Assembly (NCBI GenBank): GCA_965178125.1
Contig: OZ237760.1
Location: forward strand, 558,001 to 622,000
Reading direction: 5' to 3'
DNA: 64,000 nt
Source of the DNA: Bilabrum cf. latius
Taxonomy: Eukaryota
This document shows, piece after piece, positions 61,901 to 64,000 of the stretch. The notes beneath the pieces were generated by a model. That model made no database searches, was not told the origin of the DNA, and saw nothing but the letters and a program-made list of their open reading frames with translations. The position numbers and the translations under genes are program-made. Position 1 is the stretch's first letter; every line of letters starts with the position of its first letter.

Positions 61901-63999
61901 CACTCGAGCAGCTCGGAACCGATTCCGACGGAACCAAGATCAGCTCCAATCTTACGTGGATAGGTCTGACCGGGAGACGCATCGACAACACAGACCAACT
62001 CCGCAATTGCACTTCGCACCTATGGCGTGTCGTGTTGGTCTACGGCGGCGCATACTGCGGCCAGTGCACTAATGAGGCTTTCGATCAGGTTCGCCATGTT
62101 GTGCTTAGTGCTGCGGCACCCAGATACACCGAGTGCCCTGACTGATCCAGTCGTGCAGCGGATGGCCTTGACGACGATATCGCAGATGACATCAACCTGG
62201 AAACGTATCAAGCCTTGATCTTGTTTCTCCTGCGTTGTAGCGCTGCCACCGGAGCTGCTTGCGGCTGATAGTACCTAACAAATGCCGTCCAACTGCACCT
62301 GGAGTGTCTTCATCGTGAACAGTAGCTACGAGCATAGCGATTGCTCGAGGTGCTCGTGAACAAGCCGCAGGTCGTGACTGCAACCTTTACCGGTCACTGG
62401 TGCATCATCTTCGATCTCAAACTCACTGCCATGCGTGTGGCAATGCTGCCAGCAATCAGATCCGCCACTCGTTGCACCTAGGGCCCCCTCCCCTAGCTAG
62501 CTTTCTCTTGCAGTAGCAGCGAGTTTCATGGCGTGGCCGAATTCAATGGCGCTGCATGTTTCAGCGACAGTGCTCAGCCAACCTTGCATCGCACTACCAT
62601 CACGATACGGTTCAGATCTGCTCGCTGCGCGAACCATGGACCCAAATGAGCTGGAGCCACTCGCCTGTCCGTGCGACTCTCGGTCGCTAAATGAGATACC
62701 AGCTGAGTCAATTTCGGGTGCAAGTATCTCACTTGCCCGCCGTAGCATGCGCACTGCAAGGTCAACCGAGTCGCAACTGGTGTGAAACGAATCGCTCCAA
62801 CAGACGCCACGACCCGATGCACCCCCCGTATCGCGGCCGAGTTCGGCTGCACGTCCTTCTCTCAACATCTGCTGGTCTGCAGCTGCAGCTCCCAGCAGCT
62901 TCCTCGCATTCCTGACGCAGAGGGTTGCCAACCGGTCTCGAAAGAGCGGCGGGGCCTGCTTGCTTGTAGCTGAAGGGGAATGATGCATGCCTGGAAGTGC
63001 CGGCAGGGGTGCCTCTCTTATTTCAACCGGTGAGTCTGAATACGAGGCCCGGAATGCTCCCTCCTTCTCTATGGACACTGCGTGCGCACCACTCGCACGA
63101 AACAGCTCAAAGATAGCTCCAAGTGGCATGGCAGACAAAGATTCCGCTGGAACCGAATCAAGCTGCCGGCGGAGTTCTGCGGATCGATCCGGCGATGACT
63201 GCGGTGTTTCCACAGCTGATTCCGCACGCTGTAGAATCCACTCGTGGCTGCTGTCCAGGTCGAGCAAGCCTACCAAGCTTAGAGTCACACCACGTGGATG
63301 AGATGCTTGATTGGTGTCGTCTGCGTACTGCTGCTTGGCTGTCTTTCGGTCTGATTTGAGGCTGTCGGGGTCGCTGATTCCGTCGTGGCTGCGTTGCAAG
63401 CTGAACACCCTCACAATCTAGCTGCCAGGCCGCCGAACAACAAAGTAGCTCTTGGATGCGTCGGTGCAAGCTCGGTGCAGAAACGCAGAAACATGGCCAG
63501 GGGTATCAGCACCGCTACCTCCACTGTGGTCCGCTCCTTCCTTGCCAATGCTATGCACCGCAGATCTGCGTGGTATCCCATCCTGTTCACGAGGCACGAT
63601 CGAACATTCGTCTTCGCATGTGCCCGCCGGCTCATCCACTGTCGATTCCACAGATGCGCTGGAGGGCAACGCCAGTGCAGGCAAGCCGTACGATCCACTC
63701 GAGGGCATTGCTTCCACGACTGGCGAGCTCCCGGCAAACTGGAGATCTAGATCAACGCCGACTGATGCAAACCTACCGCTTGGGTGATCGTTTAGCCATG
63801 CATCTAGCTAGCGCATGGCTCCGGCTGCGTTACTGGTGGAAGCCATGTGCCTCGAATCTAGGCTCCCGCGGAGGACCGCCGCGTGCTGCATCGAATGGTA
63901 TGCTAGCTGTGCTCGTCTTACCAACCTGCTTTGATCCCCTGGCACGCTGCCCTTCCGGGTACGCTGCGATGACCCCGTCCTAGTAGGATGCTACCCCGT
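58972..63999 (-). CDS. 3' part (1,675 aa or more) of a large uncharacterised protein entering from the right edge
   Basis: Manual translation gives a single frame from 63999 to TGA at 58974-58972 with 21 TAGs and no TAA or internal TGA. No family recognised. Confidence 0.78.
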
Positions 64000-64000
64000 T

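Noticed and set aside
352-63999. Genes as pseudogenes, or TAGs as sequencing errors or RIP-like CpA-to-TpA damage
   Set aside because: There are no frameshifts, catalytic motifs are intact, and the interruptions are exclusively TAG. Decay or RIP would also create TAA from CAA, and random decay would add TGA.
1-64000. tRNA-Gln(CUA), rRNA, CRISPR arrays, transposons or viral insertions
   Set aside because: No cloverleaf, repeat-spacer array, terminal repeats or transposase/integrase motifs were seen. Nearly all of the sequence is explained by host genes.

Overview
Compact, GC-rich, intron-poor eukaryotic nuclear DNA with GT-AG introns of about 100-190 nt and short intergenic spacers. The Ala/Gly-rich proteins resemble those of heterotrophic flagellates such as bicosoecid stramenopiles, but that taxonomic impression is unverified. 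The main result is a non-standard nuclear genetic code. The fragmented ORFs join into 13 genes once TAG is read as a sense codon. I counted 78 in-frame TAGs by hand, and at diagnostic positions they correspond to Gln. TAA never occurs inside these frames and ends three genes. TGA ends ten genes and also encodes selenocysteine once. UAG and UAA are therefore decoupled (UAG=Gln; UAA and UGA=stop), a rare code in nuclear genomes. Genes in order: two tandem PAQR/hemolysin-III membrane proteins, ribokinase, a single-exon 8,647-aa HECT E3 ligase, two tandem GH33 sialidases, a folate-receptor-like plus alpha2delta (Cache/VWA) protein, TatD, an ABCC/MRP transporter, a mitochondrial-type seleno-thioredoxin reductase with a stop-proximal hairpin and a non-canonical SECIS candidate, a GH85 ENGase with an FBA-like domain, a coiled-coil protein, and a 5'-truncated unknown protein. 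No tRNA, rRNA, CRISPR array or mobile element was recognised.
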